Shown: in pieces, positions 40,381-54,200 of the stretch
Layout: every line of letters starts with the position of its first letter
How positions within the stretch are numbered: the stretch's first letter is position 1
Assembly (NCBI GenBank): GCA_951406725.2
Contig: OX597816.1
Span: forward strand, 149,172,001-149,236,000
DNA: 64,000 nucleotides
Reading direction: 5' to 3'
From: Octopus vulgaris
Taxonomy: Eukaryota
The notes under the pieces: model-generated
Database searches by the model: none
The model's input: only the letters and a program-made list of their open reading frames with translations
Told to the model about the DNA's origin: nothing
Translations under genes and position numbers: made by a program

Positions 40381-41122
40381 GACACTGCACTACGCTTACA
40401 GAGCCCGAGTAATTCACAGTTAGGACGTTATAAGTTGAAAACTCACCATAAACAATTCCTGGCATCACTATTACTTCATTATTATTATTATTCCACCCGT
40501 AACGCACTACGAAGAACAAAAGAAGCGTATTAGGATTCACAGGCACTGCTTCGAGGTATTGTTACTGGATTGCGATTGTTAATTAAAATGGAGCTTGTGT
40601 TTAATCATGTTTGATGGAAAAAGATAAACGTCTGATTCGAAGCTACCTAAAACAAGGATGCAATTTGAAGGAAATGTGATTGCTACTTCAACCAATTCAA
40701 GATTCGATGCAGTGTAAGGCTCCTTCGTCAGCTCATGTAGGGAGAATCAATTGGATCTGATTTAAGTGAAATTTGGGTGCTAATTCTAAAATAAAGGGAT
40801 CATACAGAGTTCATTATCTATATAAGACAGCAGGGTGTAATTTAATTACGATTTGCTTCCCTTGCTGACTCATAGATAGCATAAGACGATAAATTATCAA
40901 GCCAGAAATGGCATGTGAAATTATTGTCTACAAATATTGGTTTAAGAGCTTAAGAGAGAAAGCTTCTCATAGACCTGACACAAATGTCTGCAACAGAGTG
41001 GACTCCGCTAAAGTCATCACAAAACCAGGTGGTGGTTAAACAGTGCCACGCTTATGAACAGAGGCATATTTTGTTTCCATAACAAACAAGAATAAACAAA
41101 TGTATTATTAATTCCAGCTTAC

Positions 41123-41329
41123 CTTCGAGCAGACGAAGTGATGCGATTTAATTTTATTAATATTCAGCTGATAGTAAGGCCTGCAACATGCATCAAGCCA
41201 ACGTATACAACGCTCCAGAGAACTCTTAGGCTTAGGAAAAGATACAAAAAACACGTTCAGCATGTGAGGTTTATGTTTGTACCGACTGTCACTACGACAA
41301 GTACCCCAAGCGCAACGCTTAGTTACCAT
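41123..41329 (-). CDS. Variable exon V14: N-terminal half-THAP
   Basis: MVTKRCAWGTCRSDSRY...FVSFPKP....RC.RW..AC.R...FVCSK; donor AAG|GTAAGC, phase 0. Confidence 0.88.
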
Positions 41330-42640
41330 TTTTGGAACTCCTGGAAAGATGCTTTAAAAAAATCGTAACAAGGAGGGGAAAATTATATATTTGCTAGTAA
41401 AACTGATATGCTTTACTCTTGGCAAAAGCGGAAATACTGTTTGTACCGCGGTCATGTGATATATAAACACGATAACACCGGAAACAGTTGGGATGCAAAT
41501 GGTAGTATATATGAACTTCGAGAATAATTAGTTCAAATGTTTAAATAGGAATTTTTGGCATTACAATAAACTGGTCCCAGTACTTCGATGGTACTTAAAG
41601 AGTTAAATGACTTAAAAATACTGCAATGTATTTCACCCTGAGGTTTCATGATTACTAACATCAAGTACTAAGATAAACAGTTTAACTGAGACCTTATCTT
41701 AAAACGAACCTAAACTGAATTCCTACTTAATCCTCACAGCGGTAACATTTATAAACATAATATATAGTTTACTAATTAACATTGTCGAACCAAGTTTTGG
41801 TTTTCGTCCCTAAATGCATATTACCATGCATAACTCAAGTTTTCACCATTACTTCGATACACACCACGCGCGCAGCAAGACATTCGAACATGACAGAAGG
41901 CAAAACATTTTTGTATCTCATCATCAACTTCACTCTTCTCACGCCAGCATTTACCATACAAAGATTAATGCACATTATATACGGTTAAAGACATTTAGTC
42001 AATAGACAAAATTCTGTTTGGAAACGTCACATTTAAATACTATAAATATTAAGGTAATTTTTTTTTTCAACGATGGTACGTTTCAGCAAGAAGTATCAGG
42101 TATCTCCTGTGCTCAATATTTTTGGCGGACTTGACTTTTAAGTAGATTTTTTTTTCTTTCTTAATCCTCACAGATGAAGCAACAAAAATGTAGGAAGAAC
42201 TAATATATGATGGAAAAGTGAAAATAATAAAATAAGTACTGAAAAATGAAATGGGTTTTAAAAATACTTTTTCAATTTGGCACAAGTCAGTGGCCATCAA
42301 AACGGTATAAGTAATTTTAACAAAACAAGCAATAATTTTCTGTATTTTTTCCTAAACATTCAGCTTTTATATAAACTTAAAAAGAAATTTCCATAGTGTG
42401 CGGAAGTTAAAGGACATTGGAGAAGCAATAGCATAAACTTTATAGGATACGCTCAACAAGTAATTTTATTCTATTATCACAAGTGAAGATATAAATATAA
42501 AAAACTTTATCCGTTTATATTTAATTTGCATTATAAAGAATATTAATGAGTAAAATTAAATCAACTCATAAGAAGAAAATCCAGATTTTTAAGTTGTTAC
42601 GATTACAAAGAGGCTGAAATTAGAAGCCAGAGTTATTTAC

Positions 42641-42847
42641 CTTTGAACAGACGTAAAGGTTTTTGTTTCCGTCAACAATGTTAACGTTCAGTTGCTCGGG
42701 AATTCGACCGCAACGTTCAATCCAACGAAGACATTTGTCTCGTTGTCTCCGCGGTTTCGGAAACGGTATGAATGTAACACCACCGAACAGACGTTCAGGA
42801 TAACGATCGTCTGTATTACACAAACCCCATGCACAACGCTTCACCAT
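42641..42847 (-). CDS. Variable exon V15: N-terminal half-THAP
   Basis: MVKRCAWGLCNTDDRYPERL.GGV.FIPFPKP....KCLRWI..CGR...YVCSK; donor AAG|GTAAAT, phase 0. Confidence 0.88.
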
Positions 42848-43124
42848 TACACTATTCTTAACCGACTAGGCAACAGAAAAAGCTTGACTGACTAAAATGG
42901 CTGACATGACAGAACAAGAGGGGTGTGATGATAAGTCGAAGAATCTGATTGGTTGAAATGGGTGACACAGATTGTTGGAGGTCACAACATGAATAAGCCG
43001 TTTGCGCTGAAAGGTTATGAATCTTGAAGAAAATTTAGATAAATGTGAACCTCTCTAACTTGCGCCAATAAAGTATACTTTTAAATGGACACTCCACTGC
43101 TCTGAGCTGAAGACAAATTGAGTA

Positions 43125-43265
43125 ATTTCTGGGCAGGAGGTAAGTCACATCGACCCCAGTGCTCAACTGGTATTGTTTTTATCGACTCCTAAAGGATGAA
43201 AGGCAAAGTCGGCCTCAGAACGAGAAGACGGACGAATTGCGCTAAGCATTTCGCCTGGCGTGCTA
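43125..43265 (-). mobile_element. CORE-type SINE fragment
   Basis: catcgaccccagtgctcaactggt...aaaggatgaaaggcaaagtcggcctc, homologous to 15850-15992. Confidence 0.7.
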
Positions 43266-44898
43266 ATGATTCTGCCAGCTCGCCGCATTAAAGAATAAAC
43301 TCAATATATAATTCATTAGTATCCAACAGAAAAAAAGGTAGCATTCTCTAACCTATCTTGTTCGATCCCTTTCCATACAATGGAATGGCTGGCCGCATTC
43401 TCTCATAGCATTGGAAAGCGATCCAAGTACAAGCTAAAGAAAAAGTGCTTACTGCGAAGAATATTGCATTTTATTTGAGCTTAGCCGAGTGAAGTAGTTT
43501 GACTTGTAGGTTACGTGATACTTACCAGCGCCCCTATACCTGATTACCAACAGAACACAACGCCAATTTAATACTACTTCAAAGAAAGTGCACACCTAAA
43601 GTTAACGCGTACAGACAGAAATGACACTGGCATAATTTATGTTCGTACTTTCTGGAGATTCTTAATTGTGGACATGTTGATCGTTATATCAAAAACAAAA
43701 CTAGATATATTTGGATTAAAACTAAATCAGGTAATTTGATTGACTACAAAAAATGTCGGGGAGGGGAAATATAGGTAAAAGTAAAAACAAAAGATTATAT
43801 CAACACATCTTTTCGAAGAACACAAAATATTTGGAAAACGAAAGTTTGATCCAGTCAACTCTACAGCTCCGGTTGCTGCAAGAGACCCATCTGGCACAGA
43901 ATACATTGTTGCTATTTAAACCCAGGCCAGCAATGATCAAGCACTGTAGCCGCGATCAATCTGTGTCTTTGAAGTAGCTTAGGACATAATCCAAAGTGTC
44001 CTTTCAGTACGATGTACTTGGAAGGGAATTTCCATGTTATTACCGGGGGACTGGGCGACCACGAAGCGCTCTCGCGTTGGTTTTGGTTGTCAAGTATGGC
44101 AAATATGGTAATAGATCGATGATTGTTGACGTTCGTGTGTCAAATCTTTCGTACGGTTCATTCATTGGCAGCGGGGAAAAAAATGCTACATATATAGGGA
44201 TTAAGTTAAACTTCAATAGCACCAATAAAAGTTGATGAGAATAATTTCTGTTTTTAAAAGAAATCTTTTAGACCGAGGCTTTGCTGAGGAACCGACTTGA
44301 AGAATTTTAGTTGAAACGAATCGGCACCAATATTTTTTTTCAAACCTGGTAATTATTCCATCGTTCGCTTTTGCCGAATCGCTAAGTTACAAGGATGTGA
44401 ATACACACACACGATGGGCTTCTTTCACTTTCCGGCTACCAAATTCATTCACAAACTTTTGGTCGGCTCAAAGCTTTAAAAGCCACACTTGTCCAAGGTG
44501 CCACGTAAGTGAGACTTAATTCAGCAAACTTCTTACACATGCACCTATTTCTGAGATATTTTACCGGAAGAAGCATAGGCATTACTTTTTTAGATGTATT
44601 TACTGATAAATGTAAACTTTACTTTACAAATGTCTCAGAGCAGAAAAGCTAAAATAAAATAAACCGCTCTTTCAAAGTTTGGCTTTATGTATTAAGATAT
44701 CCACAAAATGGGATGGGCATTCTACATAACAAGCCTTTGGCCTTCAAAAATGTAAAATATCAAGAACTCCAACTTGTTATATACTATTTCATATTCCTAC
44801 CTGTGAAAGCCGATCATTCTTATCTTAGATATCTTAACAGACTGTAAAAACATCTTAAAACAAGCGTGATATCAGATATTAATCAGAATGTCACCTAC

Positions 44899-46056
44899 CT
44901 GGTCCTTCTCAGAATCATTCCGTATCAATGTTACCTGCAGGTCCAGAGAACCATCACCAGAATTATCAATAACCTGAGCATTCGTTGAGCTAGCTAAAGG
45001 CGTTGCACCAGAGTTTGAAGAATGATTTGATTCACCCTCTAAGATTTTACGCTCGAGACGAGAATCTTTAGCATACGGCAAAGTAAAATTGTAACCCCCA
45101 GATAAAACGGTCTTATTGGAACCAGTTATTCTAATGGAATGGTTGCTGTACTTTTGTGAGAGTGAACAGGCAAGACTAAGTTCAGGCATAAACCTTTGTA
45201 AAGTATTTCGACCTACAGCAATGTTTCGATACCAGACTGAGCCTTCGGGCGAATAAGGAGATATCGGTCTTTGCCATAATCGGTGGCAAAGCGGATGGAG
45301 TTTGCTCTTATATTTTTCAAATGATTTCACAGGACAGTTTGGATCATTGGGCCTTTCAACGATATATGTTAATTCTTCAATGTCAATTGTAGACGGACCT
45401 GTTGCTTGGATGTTAGAACCAGAGCACACTGATACGGTCTTGGTCTTCAAACTGCGTGGGGACTGTTCTTCAGCTTTACACATATACTTATACCCGGTCT
45501 GCGAATCAACGCGGACTTGGAAAGTCTTTTTAGTCATCTCTACCATACTCTGGGGACCTTTTCGGAAGAAATATAACCGGATCTCAAATTGAACTTTATT
45601 CAGTAAGCCTAAAGGTGTATTGATGTCAAAATAAACAGATGAATATAACTTCTCTAAATCTTCATCCAAAATAATAGGATGATGGGTCACTTCACCTTTA
45701 CCACTAGTTTTCAGCTCATTAACAGTTTCTTTAAAATGAGCGTTAGCTTCTTCAAATATTTCATCTTTAATGAGATCAAATGTTTTGAGATACGGTGGAA
45801 GCCGAAAGTATCGGTTAAGTGCATATCGGAAGCCTTCCAAACTGGTCACCTTATACTGATCACCATCACGCTTTCGTACATCTCGGTAAAATAATATCAG
45901 CAGCTCACTCAGTTCTTTGGCGTCCAAAGATTCGAAATCTGTGGATAAACTCTTATCTTTTAAATAATCCCGTAAAGCACGAGCCGCTTTTTCATTGGCA
46001 CGCCTTGTATTTTTAGGTACGGCCTTATGTTGCCCATCAACAGCAAAAGTATCCAT
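44899..46056 (-). CDS. Variable exon V16: Crypton-derived tyrosine-recombinase-fold (DUF3504-like) domain
   Basis: FY.DVRKRDG..Y...SL..FRYALNRY, TP.GLLNKVQF...LYF.R.G, CPVKSFEKY.SKLHP....LWQRP, WY....VG.NTL..FM..LS......YSNHSIR; two phase-0 donors, CAG|GTAACA (exon end 44935) and CAG|GTAGGT (exon end 44899). Confidence 0.88.
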
Positions 46057-47081
46057 ACTGTCAAGTTAGTTACGTACATTCAAAGACAAGTGCAATATAC
46101 CAGCAGTTATAGTTGATTGGCATAATAAGTAGTGAGGTTATTGTGCGGCAATATGCATGTTTTGTTTAATATTTTAAAATCTAGTTTCTAACAGGTCTCG
46201 TATATTTCATCCCCAGCCAAATTACAATTAGTAACACTAACAATATTTCAAATGTATGAGTAGCAAGATATATATATCATAGAGTGGGAAACTAATGGAA
46301 ATAAAGGATATCTCAAAACAGACTCACGTAAGAGGCACGAAAACGTCAAGCGAATGCTGAGAATTAGTAAACTACGTGACGTCAAAAATTATTTTTATCA
46401 ACACTCTACTTCGTTTGCGCTAGCAATGACTAGTGTATGATTTAGAAAGTACTCGTAAGTAATTCATTTGCTATGATATCATTACGATTTTACCTCGGAA
46501 CAGATTATAATTCGCTGAAATTCTCAAAACTTTTCCTTACAGTGTGTCCTAAGATAAAATATTTAAAACAAAAGCTAAAATGCTACTGCACTACTTGACT
46601 GAAATTTATCCGCACTGTTGTTGTGTGACGTCACGGTCAGTCTTATGGCAGGTTGGCTGACGTGTGCCAGAGGCGGTTTGGCTGCGTGAAGCAAGCAGCA
46701 GAGGGTCTGTATAAGTATCTAGACAAGAACAGTAGTGTAGAGAAGGAAAATAACTTTTAATGGGGTTTATTTAATATTATCGTTGCCATCTACATGAAAT
46801 ATGAATAGATCTTGTCAACAGCTAAAACAATGAACACACATCTCCCAACAAATTACATGTTATTAAAATTATGTATATTCAATTTTAAACGACGAAGTGC
46901 GTTTTCAATATAAAAAAGGCTATCATATAAAGAAAAAAAAATTACCGTTTCATTTCTATACCATATTCTATTTTGAAAAATAACGGCAGTGAATCGAGTT
47001 CAATTTGTGTGAAGAAAATTGCTTGCGTTTTTCTATCTGAAAACAGTTCCAACTGTTACTCGTAATAAATAGAGATGAACA

Positions 47082-47087
<6 letters not shown>

Positions 47088-47162
<75 letters not shown>
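47088..47162. repeat. (TA)n microsatellite
   Basis: Interrupted TA dinucleotide run. Confidence 0.9.
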
Positions 47163-47245
47163 ATAAATATGTATGTGTGTGTGTTTGTAAAAAAAAAATC
47201 CGAAAGAAGAAGCGAACTCTAAGATGTAGAACAGTATATATATAT

Positions 47246-47406
47246 ATATTAAAAATGGGGAAGATCGGTTTATGGGATTACCACAGGTTTCCCGTCCATA
47301 AAGGATTTAGCTGGTTTTGCTATCTAACGATACATCATAAAGCTAAACCCTTTATGGGCGGGAAACCCAAGGTAATCCCATAAGCCAGGCCTCCCCATTT
47401 TAATAT
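47246..47406. repeat. Foldback / MITE-like long inverted repeat
   Basis: ~66-bp arms atattaaaaatggggaag...ccataaaggatttagct and agctaaaccctttatgg...ctccccattttaatat around a ~28-bp loop, embedded in TA repeats. Confidence 0.8.
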
Positions 47407-48741
47407 ATACATAATCCGAATTTCGGATAACATACCAACTCTACTAACAGATATACGAGTCATCTTCTCCCCGACTTATGGTCTCTTAGACGACACGTGT
47501 GCGTGTACACACACACGACATGCTAAATCAAATGTGGCTTATGTGTTTACACGTGATACCAAATTATTTGATTTCAATTTCAACGTATAAATCTCGATTT
47601 AGTCAAGAAAATCTGGTATTTGTGATGTTCATGCTTTTATAATAGTATTAAGCAATATAAGTAGACTGTATGGTAGGATTGGCGTTTAACTTATAGAAAT
47701 CCTTGTATATTATATAAATTTTAGAATACGTACAAGAATATTTAACTTACGATTGCAGATATGACTAATAGTATATAATAGACAATACATCATTTTTGAA
47801 AATTTAACTTCAATGAAAGCAATTTCCAAACTTTGCTTAAATTTAATCTAAATAACCAACAACACATTCTGATGCTGGACCTTACGGGTGATTTCAAAGA
47901 GTTTGAAAGTATCAGTTAAGTGTTTCTTAAACAACAAAGCGGTGAGGTAAGTGGGATAGGGGACCAGCATTTTATTGCCTGATTATCAGGACAGAACGTG
48001 TTTAAACACAGCAACAAATGTGAGGAGTTTTGGAATGTGGTTGTAGAATTAGAATAAGCTGAGCAAGGTCAGATATAAAAGGCTTACAGCTGTTATGGTG
48101 TGACCTAAGGAAAAAATAAAAGTAGAAACCTCCAAGTTCGTGTGTGTGCATGTAGGTGGGTGGGCACTCAGTAGAATTTAGTTAACAAATGGTTATAACA
48201 TTTCATTGAATCTATTTCATTACACAAATTATTGTACTCATTTAATAGTAAAGAAAAAATAAATACCCATACAAAGTATCCTCAAACTGGAGACCTGGCT
48301 AAATGCTTTGCAACAGGGTGGGATACTATTAAGCTACCCAAGGTGTCAGGTGGTGGCAATGAACAAGGCACTGGATTAAGTCTCCCACCTAAGTAGGCTA
48401 CAGCAGGATTTGAACTAAAAACTCAATGAGATAAGACAAGAACTATAAGGCATCTATTGTTATGTTCTTACAGATTTGACAATTCCATAGTCACCCTCAA
48501 AAAGATGAAAGGCAAAACTGACCTCTGGAATTTTAAGTCAGTGTGTGACATGGCTGAACAAATACAGCAAGACTATCTGATGCTCTAATGACTACAAATA
48601 TGTATCAGTTCACAAGCAAATTTTTAAATTAGCAAGGCCCAAACGGAGCATGGAAACAACCTCAGTCACCCAAACATTAATTTAACCAAATTAATATGGC
48701 ACTGATATTACAAGTTTAATCACACACACATATAAATGAGA

Positions 48742-48943
48742 GAGTGCTGAAAAGTGCCTGATTCTTAGGGTATCATGAAAGACCTGGTTGGAGGCTCGAC
48801 ATTCCAAATTATTTTACAGGGCTTAGAAAAACTGAAGAATTGCTGCAATAAGTGTGTGAATCTGAGAGAGGAATATGTTCAATAGAAACATAACTGATCC
48901 TCCTTATTTTCCTTTACCCAAAGCCAGGAACTTTTCAGCAGTA
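48742..48943 (+). mobile_element. Short mariner remnant
   Basis: GLEKLKNCCNKCVNLREEYVQ* resembles a mariner C-terminus; decayed TIRs tgctgaaaagtgcctg / ccaggaacttttcagca. Confidence 0.55.
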
Positions 48944-50554
48944 CACACACACATTGCTTTTAACATCCACTTTTTAATGGAATTCATTGAGACAAATTGT
49001 CAATGGTTGAATGCCCTTCTTGTGGCTAACCCTCACCTGTTTCCAAGCAAAGCAATATTTCCATATGGATGGACATGTTATCACAGAAAATTGGAAATGA
49101 ACAACACTTGTAAGACAGTTTACATTCATTTATAAATATTGTGTGATGTTAAGGCAAAAAGATACAAACACACTCATGCATGGGTTTGGTTGGCTTGGGG
49201 GTTATAATAGAAAATAGTAGCCCAAGGTGCTGCACTGTGTGACTGACCCAGAAACCATGGCATTGGGAAGTCAGCTTCTTAGTAGCAGAGCCATGCTGGC
49301 ACACAAATATATTTGAATGTACATACACACAAAGATGCACTTAACCATCATACATATGTACATTTACAAGTATACATTTTAAATTGTTTTAGTCAGGAGA
49401 AAATCCGGTGCTCAAAACCTTGCACAGGGCCACTGTGAATAGAGAAAAGGGAAGAGGAAGGCATCCTTAAATTAGAGAACAGACTCGAATGCTTGCGACA
49501 GATGGATTCTGCCGAAGGTGCAAGGTAGTGTTAATAAGAATAAAATTAAAATATTGATTTTTTTTGTTGTTGCAGTATCATGTCAGAGCTCTAAAATACA
49601 AATCTAAGGGTGGGGGGAAACGTAAGAGCCCCAAAAAAGGAAATCGAGTGGGTGTAAGAAATATAAACAATTTTTTTTTGGGGGGGGGCACCTTCCCACC
49701 TCAAACTGGAGAATTGCAATCTTCCTCTATTCCACAGGATTACAAGACACACACGTGGAGTGAGGGGGGGGGAGATACTTTTAAGAAAATAAGCAAAAGA
49801 TAAAAAATACACGGAGAGTGTTTTGAAGCCCGCTAAATAAATATCCATGGTTATAACCGGGTTCCTCTGTATTAAGAAAAAGAATGTGATGTTTTTATTT
49901 TAGCTGGAATTTCTGTTCCATAAAGCGTTTATGCTATATACATACGCCATAAACTCTACATGACTATTTTCTTAAATGACACAAGCATAATAAATATGCG
50001 TAACATGACTAATGTTATACTGACGGCATATGCAGTTCAATAAATTTCACTGAGAGTATGTATAGTCGATTAAAGTAACTAGTGCAAAACTGATATCTTA
50101 TTTTTATCGATTTCGCATCCCACCTCTCTCAAGTATCAGATGATGCTCGGGAGGTGTACTTGGCTATCATACACATTTTTAGAGGGGAATACCAACATTC
50201 CTTCAAGCACAGTACAAACTGTGGGAGTCGTGCATACTTCATTTAATTACTGCATTGTTCTTTCTTCTTTACTACCTGTTTGCGATCTTTTAGTTCAAAT
50301 CTAAAATTTTTACAGTGGTCGTAACCTCTAGTACGTAAACTTAACTTATTAAGGAATGAACTCAGAAAATGCAGTAAGATAGTTTCAAGAGAAATGTACT
50401 GTTTCTGCTGTATTAATATGAGAATGTAACAGTAACAATGTGTATAAAATATTTCCCATAAGTTACTCACACATTTTAAACAAAGGCGCGATCGATTGGA
50501 TAAAATCCAGCAATTTATATGGCAGTTAATTTATCGACGAAGTTTTCGATTCGC

Positions 50555-50860
50555 AACCACGTGGCTTCAGGTTCAATCCCACTGCACGACACCTTAGGTG
50601 AGTGTCTTCCACAACACCAGATCGACCAATGTTAATGCCTGGTGAATGAATTTAATAGGCAGAAATTGTGAAAACTCGTCTTACGTGTAATAGTGTGCAT
50701 TTACGTATTGAACAGACTCCCACTGCTTATCGGTCCGGCAAAAGAGACCGAGAGAATAAGTATCTAATTTTAAAAAAGCACTGGAGTCGAATTGTTCGAC
50801 TGACCCGTCAAGACGGTGCTCCAGCATGGTCGCAGTTCAATGACTGAAACAAGAAAAAGA
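50555..50860 (+). mobile_element. tRNA-derived SINE, diverged copy
   Basis: aaccacgtggcttcaggttcaatcccactgc...ggtgctccagcatggtcgcagttcaatgactgaaacaag, homologous to 36207-36598. Confidence 0.8.
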
Positions 50861-50943
50861 ATAAGATAATACTGTGATTATAACCAACAAAATTAATAAT
50901 AATAATGATCATAATAATGAACAATAGTAAAGGTAAGCCTTAC

Positions 50944-51294
50944 AGTAATCCGTTTGTCATCCTCATTAGTCTGTTTTTGTGGTAAAGATCCTTTAGTTTG
51001 AAAAAGAGTTGGTATTGCACCAGGTTTCAATTTCATTCGTGGTAATTTGCAGCGGTAGCCGACCTCCAAATACCGACTTTCGAAATGGCGCGTACAGATT
51101 CGAATCTTGCACCGTATTTTTGCAATGTTTGAACATGTCATATCAAGAAAATTCTCCATCTGGCCAGAGTCAATACCCAGATTCTGGGCCCAGATCCGAC
51201 ATTTTTCTCGGTCCTTCGGAAAACAATGCAACCGAATATGACGAGGTAATCGACCGTCGTGGCTGGTGCAACCAAATGCTATACAATGTGGCAT
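50944..51294 (-). CDS. Variable exon V17: complete THAP domain
   Basis: MPHCIAFGC...LHCFPKD......W...ICTRHF...LKPGAIPTLF; donor ACT|GTAAGG, phase 0. Confidence 0.88.
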
Positions 51295-54200
51295 GTGTTA
51301 ATTCAAATTAGATGAAGGACAGTAAAGAGCAAATTTAAAAGTAAAAATTTTTAATGTTTATTTTGGAGAGTATGTATAAAAATTTGAATAGCTCCGTAAC
51401 ATTGAGTGAAGGTAAATTTAAAAAGATCAGGTTATATTTTTTACTGTCTCGTATCAACAAACGAGTATAATGCTGAAATTCAACAGTGAAACGCGGTGAT
51501 TCTACGGAATAAATGGAAACGTAAGGTAACTTAAGGCGTCTATGAAATAGGTGATGCACGCGCGTATTCAGAAATACATACGAGCCTATATAGTAGGTGT
51601 GTGTCCGTCTAGGTTCACTGGATTAGGATAATTACCATTTTAAAATTTTAAAGTGTTTAAGAAAATTGATTTAAAGCATCAAAGACATATGGTCACTGAA
51701 AAGCGGAACAGTGAATGAATAAAAACTAGAGAGAGAGAGTGAGTGAGTGAGCGAGCGAGCGAGCGAGGGAGAGAGAGAGATAGTAGTCTAACAGCTTAAC
51801 AATTGCGACCCAGTGTTGAGTCGGTGAATATGATTCATTGGGTCATATATGGCACATAACTTTTATTTGCACCAATAGGAAGAGCGTGTTGCTAAGAAAC
51901 AGCGAAAAAGATAGAAAGAAACGAATAAACGACACGGAAGAACAGAGATATATAAATAGAAAACAACTTAAATCCAATTTCGATATCATATTTTAATTTC
52001 TTAACCCACGATTTGACATACTTCAACAATAACAATAAATTCACCACAAAAGAAATTCATTTTTCGTTTCGAAGAAGGAAGAGTAGAAAGTCTTTTATAA
52101 TTTCATTTACATCTAAGACTATATTATAGGAATATAAATGGATCTTAGTACTTGACTTAATGTTTTTTTCTCGACCCCCGGATTTTCACTTAGAACGTAG
52201 CTAAATACTCTTAATAAGTTCGACACAAATGATTTTGCAATCTACCATTATTGATAGAAAATTAGGTTCATAGCTTTCTGCATGTATTAGTCAATATATG
52301 TACAAACCGAGCTCAATTCAATCCAACTCATAAACATGCTGAGCAATGTCAAAAGAACAAATGCCAAGATTCACATTTAAGTTTAGAGAGTAGCCCCACC
52401 ATCCCTCATTAAAAATCCACGGACATTTACGGAAATTTTTCTAAAATTTACGAATATTAAAACTTGGTTATCAACTCAACTTTTCAAGCAGTTAACACTG
52501 AATTACACCATTCACTTACGATTTATTTTACCAAACACCAAATCTATAAACTTTGTGGGAGCGAATGCAAATTAGTATTTCCCCCAAAACCTTTAATGCA
52601 GAAACGCATAAACTACCATTAAATGTTCAAACCGATGTCACCTCTATATGTTAAAAGTTTATCGACTGTTCATAGAATATTTGCATCCAAATTTCAAAGA
52701 GAGCCATAATCATAATTTATACGGTCTGAGACAGTTCTTATTTGTTGTTACCACTACATGAATTGGTGAACATCACACCTTTGACATGGATATGGTCTCT
52801 GCAACTGGATGTTCTCGTTAACACCATTCACCCCACATTTACAAAGTGCTTGAGGGCACCTTGTACTCACATCAGAAGAGAGATTGTGATGGCCTTGACA
52901 GGCACAAAGGCTTCTTTTCATCGAATGTCGTCTGGTCATTTGTCAACCACTTAACAGAGTTTTAATGCAGTGAAAGAAGTCACCTTGTTTTTGCACGATT
53001 AAAGTGTCCTCTCTATTCAATGTTGTTTTCGTTCTTTCAAAACAAACGTGACTGAGGGGGTAAATAGAATAACGAGATGATCAAGAAGATAAGAAGATTA
53101 CATGAATGTGACAGAGGAAAACAATGAGCGTACGGTAAAGGAGAGAGTACTGAAAAAGAGACTAAGAATATATATGTATATATAGCATCATTAGAGTCAA
53201 ACGCTAGAAATCCAAAAACTTTCCGTCTCTGCTGATGACACCATTCAACCCATTACACAAGTGACTGCGTTAACACTGTTGGTGTGGGAATTTGCAGAAA
53301 AATAATAGTTAGCATCGATGATTCATTAAAATGTTTAGGTGAGCTAAATCATAAATGTAAAACTTCATGGATTCTACTAAATACTCATATCATTTGAGCA
53401 ATTTTTTTTTTACACACTCGGAGCATTCGGAACATGCTGTATTTACAGAATTACAAATTACATTAAATTAATATATATATTTTTCTACACAAGTTAAGCA
53501 ATTCTAAACTGCAAGTCAAGTGAAATTAATACAACCGGAAATATAAAAATAAGCTTGCTTATGCAGTCATTTCACTTAGGACTTGTTTACATTCAGATAT
53601 TCTGCAAACTATCAGGAAATACATAGTTTTTGGCTAGGCACTCAAAAGTAAAGTGATTACGGTACAGGGTTACAAACAGTGCTAAAGTAAAAAAAAAAAA
53701 AGCCAGAAACATCACTAAATGCAACAGTCATATGGAAACCCGTTTTCTGTGGAAGGATTAGTTAAGAATAAATAACTGCAAATTACCAAGTCTACATACA
53801 CAAGTTAATTTAAAACACCCACCCCCAATCTTCAGATATATATCAGTGAAGAAAAGTACATTTTCTTAAAACTGTTGTGATATTCATAGATTTTTAAGAA
53901 TGCTGTAAGAAAATCAATGGGCCATAGACTAGATTTGTTACGAGCTTATCACTTTGTGATGCTCAAGATTGAATATAAAAATTTGCTAGACAAAACAGCT
54001 GGATGGAAAGGACACTCTAACCAGTTCAAAAGAAAGAGTTGTATATATTTCATTATAATCGCAACATGAAACTAGCTGTAAAGGTGTATAATTTGATGAA
54101 GTTTGGTATTAAAGAAAGTCTTTATGTAAGATCCAACTGAATCTGATAAAGTTGATGAATGAGCCTTGTGCAGTGTTCTATTGCAAAAAAAGATGTTAAA

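Noticed and set aside
52871-52939. Short ORF MTRRHSMKRSLCACQGHHNLSSD ending at phase-0 GAT|GTGAGT
   Set aside because: Only 23 aa with no domain similarity; could be chance, though worth including in a junction search.
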